Assembly: GCA_000146045.2 (NCBI GenBank)
Contig: BK006948.2
Coordinates: forward strand, 992,001-1,056,000
Direction of reading: 5' to 3'
DNA from: TPA_inf: Saccharomyces
Taxonomy: Eukaryota
DNA length: 64,000 bases
Part shown: positions 47,390-59,058 of the stretch, piece by piece
Layout of the letters: each line of letters opens with the position of its first letter
How positions within the stretch are numbered: the first letter of the stretch is position 1
Position numbers and translations under genes: made by a program
Notes under the pieces: model-generated
The model's input: the letters and a program-made list of their open reading frames with translations, nothing else
What the model was told of the DNA's origin: nothing
Databases searched by the model: none

Positions 47390-47839
47390 CCCCATAACTA
47401 TACCCGTACGCAGTACTAAAAATGTATGTAATTAGTAAATGTATGTAACAATTTCACCGTTTTGTGTAACAATTCATTCATTCATTCTTTTGATCCTTTA
47501 GTACCGTCCGCACATGATGTCATTTCCCCCTCATTTTTGTTTGCTGGTATGATTCCCCGCCCGGGCGACGGTACGGCTGTTATCCAGCGATGCGGGACTT
47601 CCGTCCACAGGTATCTTTTTCTCCAACTCCAACAGAGATGGAAAATGAGGGGCGGGTGTAGGTAAGCAGAATGAGGAGAAATTTGTAATGAAAATGGAAG
47701 TTCGGCGGTTATATAAATGGGGGGGGTTTGTCGGTGACAATTGACTTCACTCTCCTTTCCTCAAAAATTCTTGGGTGTTAGGATTAGAAGTATCTGGAAA
47801 ACCAACCAAGAAAACTACAATAACAAAAATAAATAAAGC

Positions 47840-49399
47840 ATGTTCAGTAGATCTACGCTCTGCTTAAAGACGTCTGCATCCTCCATTGGGAGACTTCAAT
47901 TGAGATATTTCTCACACCTTCCTATGACAGTGCCTATCAAGCTGCCCAATGGGTTGGAATATGAGCAACCAACGGGGTTGTTCATCAACAACAAGTTTGT
48001 TCCTTCTAAACAGAACAAGACCTTCGAAGTCATTAACCCTTCCACGGAAGAAGAAATATGTCATATTTATGAAGGTAGAGAGGACGATGTGGAAGAGGCC
48101 GTGCAGGCCGCCGACCGTGCCTTCTCTAATGGGTCTTGGAACGGTATCGACCCTATTGACAGGGGTAAGGCTTTGTACAGGTTAGCCGAATTAATTGAAC
48201 AGGACAAGGATGTCATTGCTTCCATCGAGACTTTGGATAACGGTAAAGCTATCTCTTCCTCGAGAGGAGATGTTGATTTAGTCATCAACTATTTGAAATC
48301 TTCTGCTGGCTTTGCTGATAAAATTGATGGTAGAATGATTGATACTGGTAGAACCCATTTTTCTTACACTAAGAGACAGCCTTTGGGTGTTTGTGGGCAG
48401 ATTATTCCTTGGAATTTCCCACTGTTGATGTGGGCCTGGAAGATTGCCCCTGCTTTGGTCACCGGTAACACCGTCGTGTTGAAGACTGCCGAATCCACCC
48501 CATTGTCCGCTTTGTATGTGTCTAAATACATCCCACAGGCGGGTATTCCACCTGGTGTGATCAACATTGTATCCGGGTTTGGTAAGATTGTGGGTGAGGC
48601 CATTACAAACCATCCAAAAATCAAAAAGGTTGCCTTCACAGGGTCCACGGCTACGGGTAGACACATTTACCAGTCCGCAGCCGCAGGCTTGAAAAAAGTG
48701 ACTTTGGAGCTGGGTGGTAAATCACCAAACATTGTCTTCGCGGACGCCGAGTTGAAAAAAGCCGTGCAAAACATTATCCTTGGTATCTACTACAATTCTG
48801 GTGAGGTCTGTTGTGCGGGTTCAAGGGTGTATGTTGAAGAATCTATTTACGACAAATTCATTGAAGAGTTCAAAGCCGCTTCTGAATCCATCAAGGTGGG
48901 CGACCCATTCGATGAATCTACTTTCCAAGGTGCACAAACCTCTCAAATGCAACTAAACAAAATCTTGAAATACGTTGACATTGGTAAGAATGAAGGTGCT
49001 ACTTTGATTACCGGTGGTGAAAGATTAGGTAGCAAGGGTTACTTCATTAAGCCAACTGTCTTTGGTGACGTTAAGGAAGACATGAGAATTGTCAAAGAGG
49101 AAATCTTTGGCCCTGTTGTCACTGTAACCAAATTCAAATCTGCCGACGAAGTCATTAACATGGCGAACGATTCTGAATACGGGTTGGCTGCTGGTATTCA
49201 CACCTCTAATATTAATACCGCCTTAAAAGTGGCTGATAGAGTTAATGCGGGTACGGTCTGGATAAACACTTATAACGATTTCCACCACGCAGTTCCTTTC
49301 GGTGGGTTCAATGCATCTGGTTTGGGCAGGGAAATGTCTGTTGATGCTTTACAAAACTACTTGCAAGTTAAAGCGGTCCGTGCCAAATTGGACGAGTAA
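47840..49399 (+). CDS. ALD4: Mitochondrial aldehyde dehydrogenase (519 aa)
   Basis: N-terminal presequence. ALDH active-site motifs (ELGGKSP; catalytic Cys in GEVCCAGSR). Confidence 0.9.
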
Positions 49400-49677
49400 G
49401 GTCATCAATAAGCCTGGTGTCCAATCGATGCTTACATACATAAAATTAAATATTCTGTCTCTGTTATATTTCCACATGTCATCATTTCAAATATATGTAC
49501 TTTAAAGAAAATAAAATAAAAAATAAAATTTTTTTCTCCCGATAATCAATTTTCTTAATTAATTAATTGCGTTACGATTCCGTTTTTTTACTTCTTTTAT
49601 CTCATTATCTATCTAAGTTATTTAAAAAAAAGAAAGAACTTTTTATGAACTTTCCTCTTTTCTTTCTTTTAGACTAT

Positions 49678-51042
49678 TTAAAATACATCACCTTGGTCAA
49701 ACATAGCATCAGAGACCTTGATGAAACTTGCGATATTAGCACCTTTGACCAAAGATGGCAAGACCTTACCGTCCTTAGTGTACTTCTTGGCATAGTCGAT
49801 ACATTCATTGAAACAGTTGATCATAATTCTCTTCAACTCTTGGTCAACTCTTTCGCTAGTCCATGTGATTCTTTGAGAGTTTTGTGCCATTTCTAAACCA
49901 GAAACAGCAACACCACCCAAGTTAGCAGCCTTTGGTGGACCGTACCAAACAGCTTCGCTTGGTCCAGTGGCGGTGGAACGAGCAGTTTCAAAGACGGCAA
50001 TAGCTTCTGGAGTGGAACCCATGTTGGAACCTTCGGCAATAAACTTGACACCTTGAGCAACCAAGGCCTTGGCTTCTTCACCGCTGACTTCATTTTGGGT
50101 GGCACATGGCAAAGCAATGTCGACCTTTTGGACGTGGGTCCATGGACGAGCACCAGCAATGTATTGCACTTTGTTTTCGGAGAAAGTAGAGTATTCGTTG
50201 ACGATTTGTTCCAAGGACTTGAAGTTGACCTTAGCACTGGAAATATCAGCGACTTGTTCGGAGGTGATACCAGTTTCAGAGATGATACAACCCTTGGAGT
50301 CAGATAGGGAAACGACAGTACCACCTAGCTCAATAACCTTCAAGGCAGCGTATTGAGCAACGTTACCACTACCAGAGATGGTGACGCGCTTACCTTCGAA
50401 AGATTCCTTACCGTTTGTGGCATAGTCGATCATAGCTTGAGTATAGTAAACTAAACCGTAACCAGTGGCTTCTGGTCTGATCAAAGAACCACCCCAGTTC
50501 AAACCCTTACCGGTTAAGACACCTTCCCAGGAGTTCTTGTATGATCTGTAAGCACCGAACAGGTAACCAATTTCACGACCACCAACACCGATATCACCAG
50601 CTGGCACGTCAGTGTCTTGACCAATGTGTCTGCTCAATTCTCTCATGAAAGCATAACAGATTCTTCTGATTTCGTTATTAGATCTTCCCTTCAAGTCCAC
50701 ACATAGACCACCTTTACCACCACCCATGTCTAGGCCGGTCAAGGAGTTCTTGAAGATTTGTTCGAAACCCAAGAATTTCAAGATAGACAAGTTCACGGAA
50801 GGATGGAAACGTAGACCACCCTTGTATGGACCCTTGGCGGAGTTATATTGCACTCTGTAACCTTGAGCAACTTCTTGTTCACCCTTGTCATTTTCCCAGG
50901 TGACTCTGAATTGTATGATTCTTTCTGGAACAGAAACAATTGGCAAAACCTTTCTGTATTCTGGGTGTTGTTCGAAAAGAGTAGAGTCTTCCAAAGAGGA
51001 GACAACTTCTTCGTAAGCTTGTTGAAATTCTGGCTCTGACAT
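49678..51042 (-). CDS. GDH1: NADP-dependent glutamate dehydrogenase (454 aa)
   Basis: GDH signature GGGKGG. Strong codon bias. 454 aa. Confidence 0.95.
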   Translation of the reverse strand: MSEPEFQQAYEEVVSSLEDSTLFEQHPEYRKVLPIVSVPERIIQFRVTWENDKGEQEVAQGYRVQYNSAKGPYKGGLRFHPSVNLSILKFLGFEQIFKNSLTGLDMGGGKGGLCVDLKGRSNNEIRRICYAFMRELSRHIGQDTDVPAGDIGVGGREIGYLFGAYRSYKNSWEGVLTGKGLNWGGSLIRPEATGYGLVYYTQAMIDYATNGKESFEGKRVTISGSGNVAQYAALKVIELGGTVVSLSDSKGCIISETGITSEQVADISSAKVNFKSLEQIVNEYSTFSENKVQYIAGARPWTHVQKVDIALPCATQNEVSGEEAKALVAQGVKFIAEGSNMGSTPEAIAVFETARSTATGPSEAVWYGPPKAANLGGVAVSGLEMAQNSQRITWTSERVDQELKRIMINCFNECIDYAKKYTKDGKVLPSLVKGANIASFIKVSDAMFDQGDVF

Positions 51043-51436
51043 TTCTTTTTCTTTTTGGTCTCCTAACTGTTATATTAGAATAATGCGATAGTACGTATCA
51101 AGCAACTTTCAATGCTATAAGAAAAGTCATTTAAAGAGTGAGAGAATATAAAATGGGTAAACGCATTTGTAACTCTCGTATATTTTATATATGAAAAACA
51201 GAAAATTTTCCAATCTTCTCTTACTTAGATTACGTATACTTTGCTTTAACAAGAAGCCGGCCTTTGCTGCTACTTCTTACGCTTTCTTCTTCCGCAATTT
51301 TTCAGTGCTGATTTTCATTATGGTACCTGATGAAAAAGAAAACGGCGCAGCAGCTGATAACAGCTTCTCTCTGCTGATTGGACGTGGGGTCGTACTATTT
51401 CTTTTTTATTGCCCCACCGCACTGAAAATGCATGGG

Positions 51437-51446
51437 CCGGTTCCGG
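51437..51446. promoter_or_regulatory. Leu3-type UAS CCGGTTCCGG, about 400 bp upstream of GDH1
   Basis: Palindromic CCGG-N2-CCGG. Confidence 0.5.
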
Positions 51447-51460
51447 CGCATTGGTTCTGC

Positions 51461-51501
51461 GATAAGAATATCGAGGCCATCCAATCAGATGGTCAGATAA
51501 G
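51461..51501. promoter_or_regulatory. Cluster of two GATAAG motifs (51461-66, 51496-501) flanking a CCAAT box (51481-85) in the GDH1 upstream region
   Basis: Motifs read directly. GDH1 is known to be under GATA-factor and HAP-complex control. Confidence 0.35.
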
Positions 51502-54102
51502 GTTATTAAGATCAGGCCCGTTTCCATGGAGTCATGGAACCTGCATAAGGGGAGCCTGATACACTAGAGAATAATGACCTGAGTGGATGTAGCATCATAT
51601 TCCTTATGAAATCCTCTTATCCAGCCAATCGTAAACGATGCCCTCCCCCACGTTATTGTTGTATAATTCAGGTTATGCCCAGATGCGGAGTGGTGCCCAG
51701 ATCGACTCGAACGCATGGTCTTCTAGGACTCTTTATCGCAGCCCCATGAAGCAGTGCCACTTTATACTGAATGGAGTTACTAATATGGTTTGGCTCGGTT
51801 GGTATACTGGCCACAGCCCGCTAGAATAATTCAAGAAAAAAAGCCAATGCTGGACAGAATCACTGTAGAGTTTAGCGGACTTGAACCTAAAGAAGTTCAT
51901 CTCCTTCTTGTCGGGAGCTTCGGTGTGCTAGTTTGTTACTGTCGAAGAGTCCATCATTAAGAGAAGTTTTCGAAGCTTCTGTCGCTGAACTACTGTATGC
52001 GAGATTACACTTTACAGAATAACTTGGGAAGCTGTCATTCTTGGTAGAATATGAAGGCTTTGAGTGCTGATCTAAGATCAGCTTACGCAAAGTTTCTTGC
52101 ACTTACGCGATTGGAGCCGACGGCTTGGTAAAAATTTTCGAAATTGCAGGTTCTTGAAGCAGAGATTGTTCCGAAGAAACTTGGTTTCCAATCAGATAGA
52201 GAAGTGGGCTTTCTGGTCATGCCACGCAAGTTACAAGCGCGGAATTGCTACCACTTTACGTCTTTCTTCATGTTCCTCGGACGTTTCCAATCATTAGCCG
52301 TTCCTCTAGACATCTACAGATCTATTCCTAATCACAACCTATCTCTAGCCGCAAGATATATCTGTGTGAGAGGGGTCGCAACAGGAATACCTTAAATGGG
52401 ATAACCGTCACGTGACTCTCACTAGGGGCATCAAGTGCGCTGCTTCTTCAAGGTTTTCGCGCCCTGTTTGAAGAAGTGGCACAGAATCCATAGAGTAATA
52501 TTACTAACGAGCTACGAAACTTAGCTTACCTATTAAATACTCAAAGAAAATACGCTGTGTATGCTTTTGCGGCACATCTATGTCATTAAATCTCTCCATG
52601 GCGCGTATATTTTATGACGGGAAATCTGAGGCCGATCGAGGAGGGAAATTACTAGAAAAGCTTATCCTTCTTTACCTCCGAACAAATTTTAAAATATACC
52701 TCAATGGGAATAAAGAATGCAAGGAAAGGCAAGGTTCAGCCTATGATGATGAATATCGTACTCTAAAATTATAGATATCTAACTGTGGGCGTATTAAACC
52801 TTGCTTTGGTCATTATCCAATCGTGTATGCAGAGAGCGGGGCGATATGCAGCAAACAAAAGGGGCGAAATAATAGTTACTCCAAAGATGAAATGGCAGAA
52901 GAAAATGGAAAACTATACAGTTTGCGAAGGAGGCATCCTCTTAGTTAAAAAAAAATTTGGACTCATTGCACTGCAAACAGAGTTTCTAGGATTGTCATAT
53001 TTTGTACCTCCTGGAATGTTAAGACTTTCTCATTAATAATGGTGTGATACACTTATAGTTGGGTGCTAAAAGGTAACTGCAAGCCCCACATCTATAATAT
53101 TACCGTTAAGTTTCCGGCGAATAGTTTCTCTTTTCGCCCCTCTATTTCTCCCTTCAAATGTGAAGATAAGGAGGACAGCCATAAATATTCCTGTAATGAC
53201 ATTCCATCTTGGGTGGACAATTTTATGGTATAATCAAGCGTATTTAGAAGTTTGGGCGACAGTATTTCAAGACGAGATGCATAAGTATTCTCTTCATCCT
53301 CAATCCCGCGATGCTAAAACAAAGTTTTGTTGTTGCATTCCATTTAAGTAGAGCAAAAGCGTGGCAAATCTGAAAAATTGCCACATAGGGTGCTAAATTT
53401 GGTATAATGGCACAAATAAACAATCTCAGTTTACTGACAGTGAACTACAGGAATATACAATTTTGAGGTGTTAACGACCAACCGTTAATAGCTTATTCTC
53501 TCATATGTTATACCACTGTAGGAAGAGGTGGTTTCAACTGTATTTTGAGCACAGGTAGATATAAGCTCTGGACAGTTTTGCTACCCCTTGAAAGAATTCA
53601 ACAGTATTTTCTGAGGTACTCATCGTAAAAGATTGCTAATTTTGGTCGCGATGTATATAGGTAAAGGAGTATTTCCTAAAAGTTGCCAAAGATTATCAAA
53701 ATATTACCGTGTTTATAAAATAAACTGACACCCGGATAATTAAGAAGTGGTAAGCTTATGTTAGAGTACTTGTACTTGACAAGTAAAATCAGAATTGGGA
53801 ATTATCAATTGAGATCACGTGCAAACCGAAGAAATGCAAAGAAGTAAGGTTAGGGTTTATGGACCCAGGCAGCAGAAAATTGTAGCTTCATTTGTTGGCA
53901 CAGGACTATTCCACCCTTAGAATTGACTTTTTGGACATTGAGCTAAGGTTCAATGCACTCGATGGTCTTCTCACTTCCGAATATATAGATCTAGCGTGTG
54001 AGGACTACTCATTGGCTTGCGATTTACGGTTTTTATATTTTTTGCCGCACATCATTTTTTGGCCTGGTATTGTCATCGCGTTGAGCGGACTCTGAATATA
54101 AT

Positions 54103-54115
54103 CCTATTGTTTTTT
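54103..54115 (+). promoter_or_regulatory. Rox1-like hypoxic operator CCTATTGTTTTTT, about 115 bp upstream of ATF1
   Basis: Matches YYYATTGTT; the 3' half of the consensus diverges. Confidence 0.3.
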
Positions 54116-54225
54116 ATGGATCTCTGGAAGCGTCTTTTTGAAGCCAACCCAACAAAAATTCGAGACAAGAAAATAAAAAACGGCACTTCATCAGTATCAC
54201 AAATACCATCAATTTATCAGCTCTC

Positions 54226-55803
54226 ATGAATGAAATCGATGAGAAAAATCAGGCCCCCGTGCAACAAGAATGCCTGAAAGAGATGATTCAGAATGGGCAT
54301 GCTCGGCGTATGGGATCTGTTGAAGATCTGTATGTTGCTCTCAACAGACAAAACTTATATCGAAACTTCTGCACATATGGAGAATTGAGTGATTACTGTA
54401 CTAGGGATCAGCTCACATTAGCTTTGAGGGAAATCTGCCTGAAAAATCCAACTCTTTTACATATTGTTCTACCAACAAGATGGCCAAATCATGAAAATTA
54501 TTATCGCAGTTCCGAATACTATTCACGGCCACATCCAGTGCATGATTATATTTCAGTATTACAAGAATTGAAACTGAGTGGTGTGGTTCTCAATGAACAA
54601 CCTGAGTACAGTGCAGTAATGAAGCAAATATTAGAAGAATTCAAAAATAGTAAGGGTTCCTATACTGCAAAAATTTTTAAACTTACTACCACTTTGACTA
54701 TTCCTTACTTTGGACCAACAGGACCGAGTTGGCGGCTAATTTGTCTTCCAGAAGAGCACACAGAAAAGTGGAAAAAATTTATCTTTGTATCTAATCATTG
54801 CATGTCTGATGGTCGGTCTTCGATCCACTTTTTTCATGATTTAAGAGACGAATTAAATAATATTAAAACTCCACCAAAAAAATTAGATTACATTTTCAAG
54901 TACGAGGAGGATTACCAATTATTGAGGAAACTTCCAGAACCGATCGAAAAGGTGATAGACTTTAGACCACCGTACTTGTTTATTCCGAAGTCACTTCTTT
55001 CGGGTTTCATCTACAATCATTTGAGATTTTCTTCAAAAGGTGTCTGTATGAGAATGGATGATGTGGAAAAAACCGATGATGTTGTCACCGAGATCATCAA
55101 TATTTCACCAACAGAATTTCAAGCGATTAAAGCAAATATTAAATCAAATATCCAAGGTAAGTGTACTATCACTCCGTTTTTACATGTTTGTTGGTTTGTA
55201 TCTCTTCATAAATGGGGTAAATTTTTCAAACCATTGAACTTCGAATGGCTTACGGATATTTTTATCCCCGCAGATTGCCGCTCACAACTACCAGATGATG
55301 ATGAAATGAGACAGATGTACAGATATGGCGCTAACGTTGGATTTATTGACTTCACCCCCTGGATAAGCGAATTTGACATGAATGATAACAAAGAAAATTT
55401 TTGGCCACTTATTGAGCACTACCATGAAGTAATTTCGGAAGCTTTAAGAAATAAAAAGCATCTCCATGGCTTAGGGTTCAATATACAAGGCTTCGTTCAA
55501 AAATATGTGAACATTGACAAGGTAATGTGCGATCGTGCCATCGGGAAAAGACGCGGAGGTACATTGTTAAGCAATGTAGGTCTGTTTAATCAGTTAGAGG
55601 AGCCCGATGCCAAATATTCTATATGCGATTTGGCATTTGGCCAATTTCAAGGATCCTGGCACCAAGCATTTTCCTTGGGTGTTTGTTCGACTAATGTAAA
55701 GGGGATGAATATTGTTGTTGCTTCAACAAAGAATGTTGTTGGTAGTCAAGAATCTCTCGAAGAGCTTTGCTCCATTTACAAAGCTCTCCTTTTAGGCCCT
55801 TAG
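54226..55803 (+). CDS. ATF1: Alcohol O-acetyltransferase 1 (525 aa)
   Basis: Acyltransferase HxxxDG motif (HCMSDGRS). 525 aa. Confidence 0.9.
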   Translation: MNEIDEKNQAPVQQECLKEMIQNGHARRMGSVEDLYVALNRQNLYRNFCTYGELSDYCTRDQLTLALREICLKNPTLLHIVLPTRWPNHENYYRSSEYYSRPHPVHDYISVLQELKLSGVVLNEQPEYSAVMKQILEEFKNSKGSYTAKIFKLTTTLTIPYFGPTGPSWRLICLPEEHTEKWKKFIFVSNHCMSDGRSSIHFFHDLRDELNNIKTPPKKLDYIFKYEEDYQLLRKLPEPIEKVIDFRPPYLFIPKSLLSGFIYNHLRFSSKGVCMRMDDVEKTDDVVTEIINISPTEFQAIKANIKSNIQGKCTITPFLHVCWFVSLHKWGKFFKPLNFEWLTDIFIPADCRSQLPDDDEMRQMYRYGANVGFIDFTPWISEFDMNDNKENFWPLIEHYHEVISEALRNKKHLHGLGFNIQGFVQKYVNIDKVMCDRAIGKRRGGTLLSNVGLFNQLEEPDAKYSICDLAFGQFQGSWHQAFSLGVCSTNVKGMNIVVASTKNVVGSQESLEELCSIYKALLLGP

Positions 55804-57179
55804 ATCTCACATGATGCTTGACTGATATTATTCGACAATATGATTATGTCGTGTAAATAACCCACTTTCATGTTGTCACTCCCTCGGCTTTGGTTGGTTA
55901 AAGGGACTTATCGGTTTCTTTTTTTAGAGTTGATTTAAGATCAGATCGAAGTAAATAACGTGCAGAACATTGCATATGATAGATAACAACCTATAGTATA
56001 TATTTCAAAATCGCGACAAATCTGAAATATTAATTGATTTGATTAGCTGCAGAGATCTTCTCGATGTAAGGAGCTATTTAAATAGAAAGGGTCAGAATCG
56101 TCGTCCTGTGGGAGCTGGTATATACTAAATTGATGAACAACTAAAATAGCACTCTCATTGTCATTTTGGGTGTGAGACCTTAAGCAAGGAGAGATATTTT
56201 TAATGGATGTATTAGCGCAGCCGTTGCTTACGGTATTCCTTGGCATATTGTCCCTGAAAAAAAACCGTTGTACACTCGGATACGCATTTTTCGGACTTCT
56301 CCCACCCAAGAAACGCAACTTTTGAAGGGCGCCTACACCACTAGACCAACAAGGCCAATGCAAAGCTACAAACAAATGCGTGGGCGCATGGGCATAAGGA
56401 GGTGTAAAAAGCTTTTTTTTTTTATGTGAGGAATTACAGGCGGAAGATACTCAAATAAAGCACTGATTTGATGTTACCGAACTTTTCCCCAGGCATAAAA
56501 TTTTATTTTCATATTTCATCAATTCGATATTATTGATATCGCACCTAATGTAGTCATTTCCTTTCTCTCTTTGCTAGTAGATTTTAAAAAGGTTTCTTGC
56601 TGTATTTTTTTATACTTTTATAGACGCCGCTTTCCAAAGTTCATCTAAAATAAGTCGCTACAATGATTTGATCTTGATTCGGTGCTTCAGGAGCCTGCTT
56701 GCTTCTTTGCAGCTTCGGCAATTTGGAACCTTGTGTGCATATCCTCGTTTGTAAGCCCAGAAGCACACAGACATCGATCACATCTATAATAGGAGCATGC
56801 TATCATAAAAGATTCACAGTATTCGTATAATTACATGGCAGACTTTTTGAAAAGAATGGTATGGAACCAAGTGAGCGCCTAGAAAAAAAGCTGAAAAGCT
56901 GAAATCTTAATTGGATAAGAAACTTCAATAACATTTTTCACGCGTTTCTTTTTCAACTAGATTAGCCTTAACAAACGACAATCATCGAGTACCCACGCTC
57001 ATTACGCTGAACGTGCAAATGTAACGGGGTGGAAACCTAAAACGTTGAATGAACTAGCCAGAACGATGACAATTGCGGCAAGCTTTCCATACGTGTTCTG
57101 TTGTTGCGGCTTAGAGTGGTAGGTAACCGCGCCAAGCAAAATTACCTACCACTTTAAGCCCAAAAAGGTGATGTGTAGC

Positions 57180-57236
57180 TATTGCGGCTGTGGCGGCTAT
57201 TGCGGTTGTCGCCACGCTTGTCGCCAGGGTTGTCGC
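57180..57236 (+). repeat. Degenerate 9-bp tandem repeat (TATTGCGGC TGTGGCGGC TATTGCGGT TGTCGCCAC ...), about 280-330 bp upstream of AMF1
   Basis: Three clear 9-mers followed by 2-3 diverged units. Contains a GGCGGCTA URS1-like core. Confidence 0.7.
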
Positions 57237-57510
57237 TACGAATGTTTCAGCTTTTTTTTCAATGGGCCACTCTTTTCACGTGAAGCGCTCCACGAAATGT
57301 GCGGATATTGCGGAAGCTCTCAATGATGAGCTATCGGTAGGGATTAAAATAAACGAGATTTGGCAGCAGTTTTAAATACCAAGGGAGTAGTATATCTAGC
57401 CTCCAATAACTTCATTTGTGGAAACTTACTTCTATCTCACTCTCTACCTGAAAAGAAAACAAATATTGTACATTCATCAATTGCTGGAACATAAAGAACA
57501 TAAAATCAAT

Positions 57511-59058
57511 ATGTCAACTAGCTCCTCCGTAACGCAGAAAAACTTGGATACAAACGCGGAAGCCTTGAAAAAGGAGGATAAAGTATTATCAGAGTTTGAT
57601 ATTCAGGATGAGAGGCCTAAATCCCTTTTATGGGAGAGTGCCTTTGTCGGAGTGCTGTGCTCTGCCCAACTAATGACTCAGGCAGGACTTGGACAATCAT
57701 TAGCGCCGCTTCACATCATCGGTAACAGTTTTGGAACAACGAATGCTGGACAACTTAGTTGGTTTGCTTCCGCATATTCGCTAACTGTTGGTACATTCAT
57801 TTTAATTGCTGGAAGACTCGGAGATATCTTCGGACACAAGAAATTCTTTGTCCTTGGCTTCTTTTGGTACGCACTTTGGTCCTTACTTGCTGGGTTTAGC
57901 GTCTACTCTAATCAGATTTTTTTTGACTGCTGTCGTGCATTTCAAGGCATGGGTCCGGCCTTTTTGTTGCCAAATGCCATTGCGATTCTCGGACGCACAT
58001 ATAAGCCAGGAAGAAGAAAAAACATGGTCTTTAGTCTGTTTGGTGCTTCAGCACCTGGTGGCTTCTTCCTTGGGGCTGTTTTCTCATCCATGTTGGGTCA
58101 ACTGGCGTGGTGGCCATGGGCTTACTGGATAATGGGTATTGCATGCTTTGTTTTAGCTGTAGCAGGTTACTTTGTAATCCCTCACACCCCCATGCCAAGC
58201 CGCGATGCCTCATCTTTCAAGTTGTTGGAACGAATCGATTTTGCAGGGTCAGTTACCGGCGTTGTTGGATTAATTCTCTTTAATTTCGCTTGGAACCAAG
58301 GCCCCGTTGTGGGTTGGCAAACTCCATACACATACGCTCTTTTGATAGTTGGTACCTTTTTCTTGGTTATTTTTGCATATATCGAGTCCCGAGCAGCTTT
58401 CCCTCTGCTACCATTTGCTGCTCTTTCTAGTGATACTGCTTTTGTACTTAGCTGCATAGCTGCGGGATGGGCCAGCTTTGGTATTTGGATATTCTATACA
58501 TGGCAGTTCATGGAAGACTCAAGGGGCCAAACCCCCCTTCTTTCTAGTGCACAGTTTTCACCTGTAGCAATCAGTGGATTTTGTGCAGCCGTGACGACAG
58601 GTTTCCTTCTAAGCCATACACCCCCAAGCACAGTTATGCTTTTTGCGATGACAGCTTTCACAGTCGGAACTATATTGATTGCTACGGCCCCCGTTCACCA
58701 AACGTATTGGGCTCAAACGTTTGTGTCAATCATTGTTATGCCTTGGGGAATGGACATGTCCTTTCCGGCCGCTACAATAATGCTTAGTGACTCGATGCCA
58801 CACGAACATCAAGGTCTTGCAGCCTCTTTGGTTAATACGGTGGTAAACTATTCGATATCGATAGGTTTGGGTATTGCAGGTACAATTGAATCTAGAGTAA
58901 ATGACGGAGGTGCCAAGCCTTTGAAAGGATATCGTTGTTCGTGGTACATGGGCATCGGGTTGAGCGGACTTGGCATTTTTGTCGCAGCAACGTATGCATG
59001 GAGCACTTTTATGAAGTCTAAAAAAAGGATCTCCGAAAAGCAGCATTTTATAGAATAA
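57511..59058 (+). CDS. AMF1: MFS-family ammonium/low-affinity transporter (515 aa)
   Basis: Track start at 57418 is upstream of a stop-free leader; ATG at 57511 gives 515 aa. About 12 transmembrane segments. Confidence 0.8.
   Translation: MSTSSSVTQKNLDTNAEALKKEDKVLSEFDIQDERPKSLLWESAFVGVLCSAQLMTQAGLGQSLAPLHIIGNSFGTTNAGQLSWFASAYSLTVGTFILIAGRLGDIFGHKKFFVLGFFWYALWSLLAGFSVYSNQIFFDCCRAFQGMGPAFLLPNAIAILGRTYKPGRRKNMVFSLFGASAPGGFFLGAVFSSMLGQLAWWPWAYWIMGIACFVLAVAGYFVIPHTPMPSRDASSFKLLERIDFAGSVTGVVGLILFNFAWNQGPVVGWQTPYTYALLIVGTFFLVIFAYIESRAAFPLLPFAALSSDTAFVLSCIAAGWASFGIWIFYTWQFMEDSRGQTPLLSSAQFSPVAISGFCAAVTTGFLLSHTPPSTVMLFAMTAFTVGTILIATAPVHQTYWAQTFVSIIVMPWGMDMSFPAATIMLSDSMPHEHQGLAASLVNTVVNYSISIGLGIAGTIESRVNDGGAKPLKGYRCSWYMGIGLSGLGIFVAATYAWSTFMKSKKRISEKQHFIE

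Noticed and set aside
47527-47653. STRE cores (CCCCT at 47527-31, AGGGG at 47649-53) and GC-box-like CCCCGCCCGGG upstream of ALD4
   Set aside because: Five-base motifs are expected over 100 times by chance in this window. Mig1 sites need an AT-rich 5' flank, which is not present here.
52407-53821. Two CACGTG E-boxes (Cbf1/Pho4-type, one as GTCACGTGAC resembling centromeric CDEI) in the GDH1-ATF1 interval
   Set aside because: A palindromic 6-mer is expected about 10 times in the window. There is no CDEII/CDEIII nearby, so this is not a centromere.
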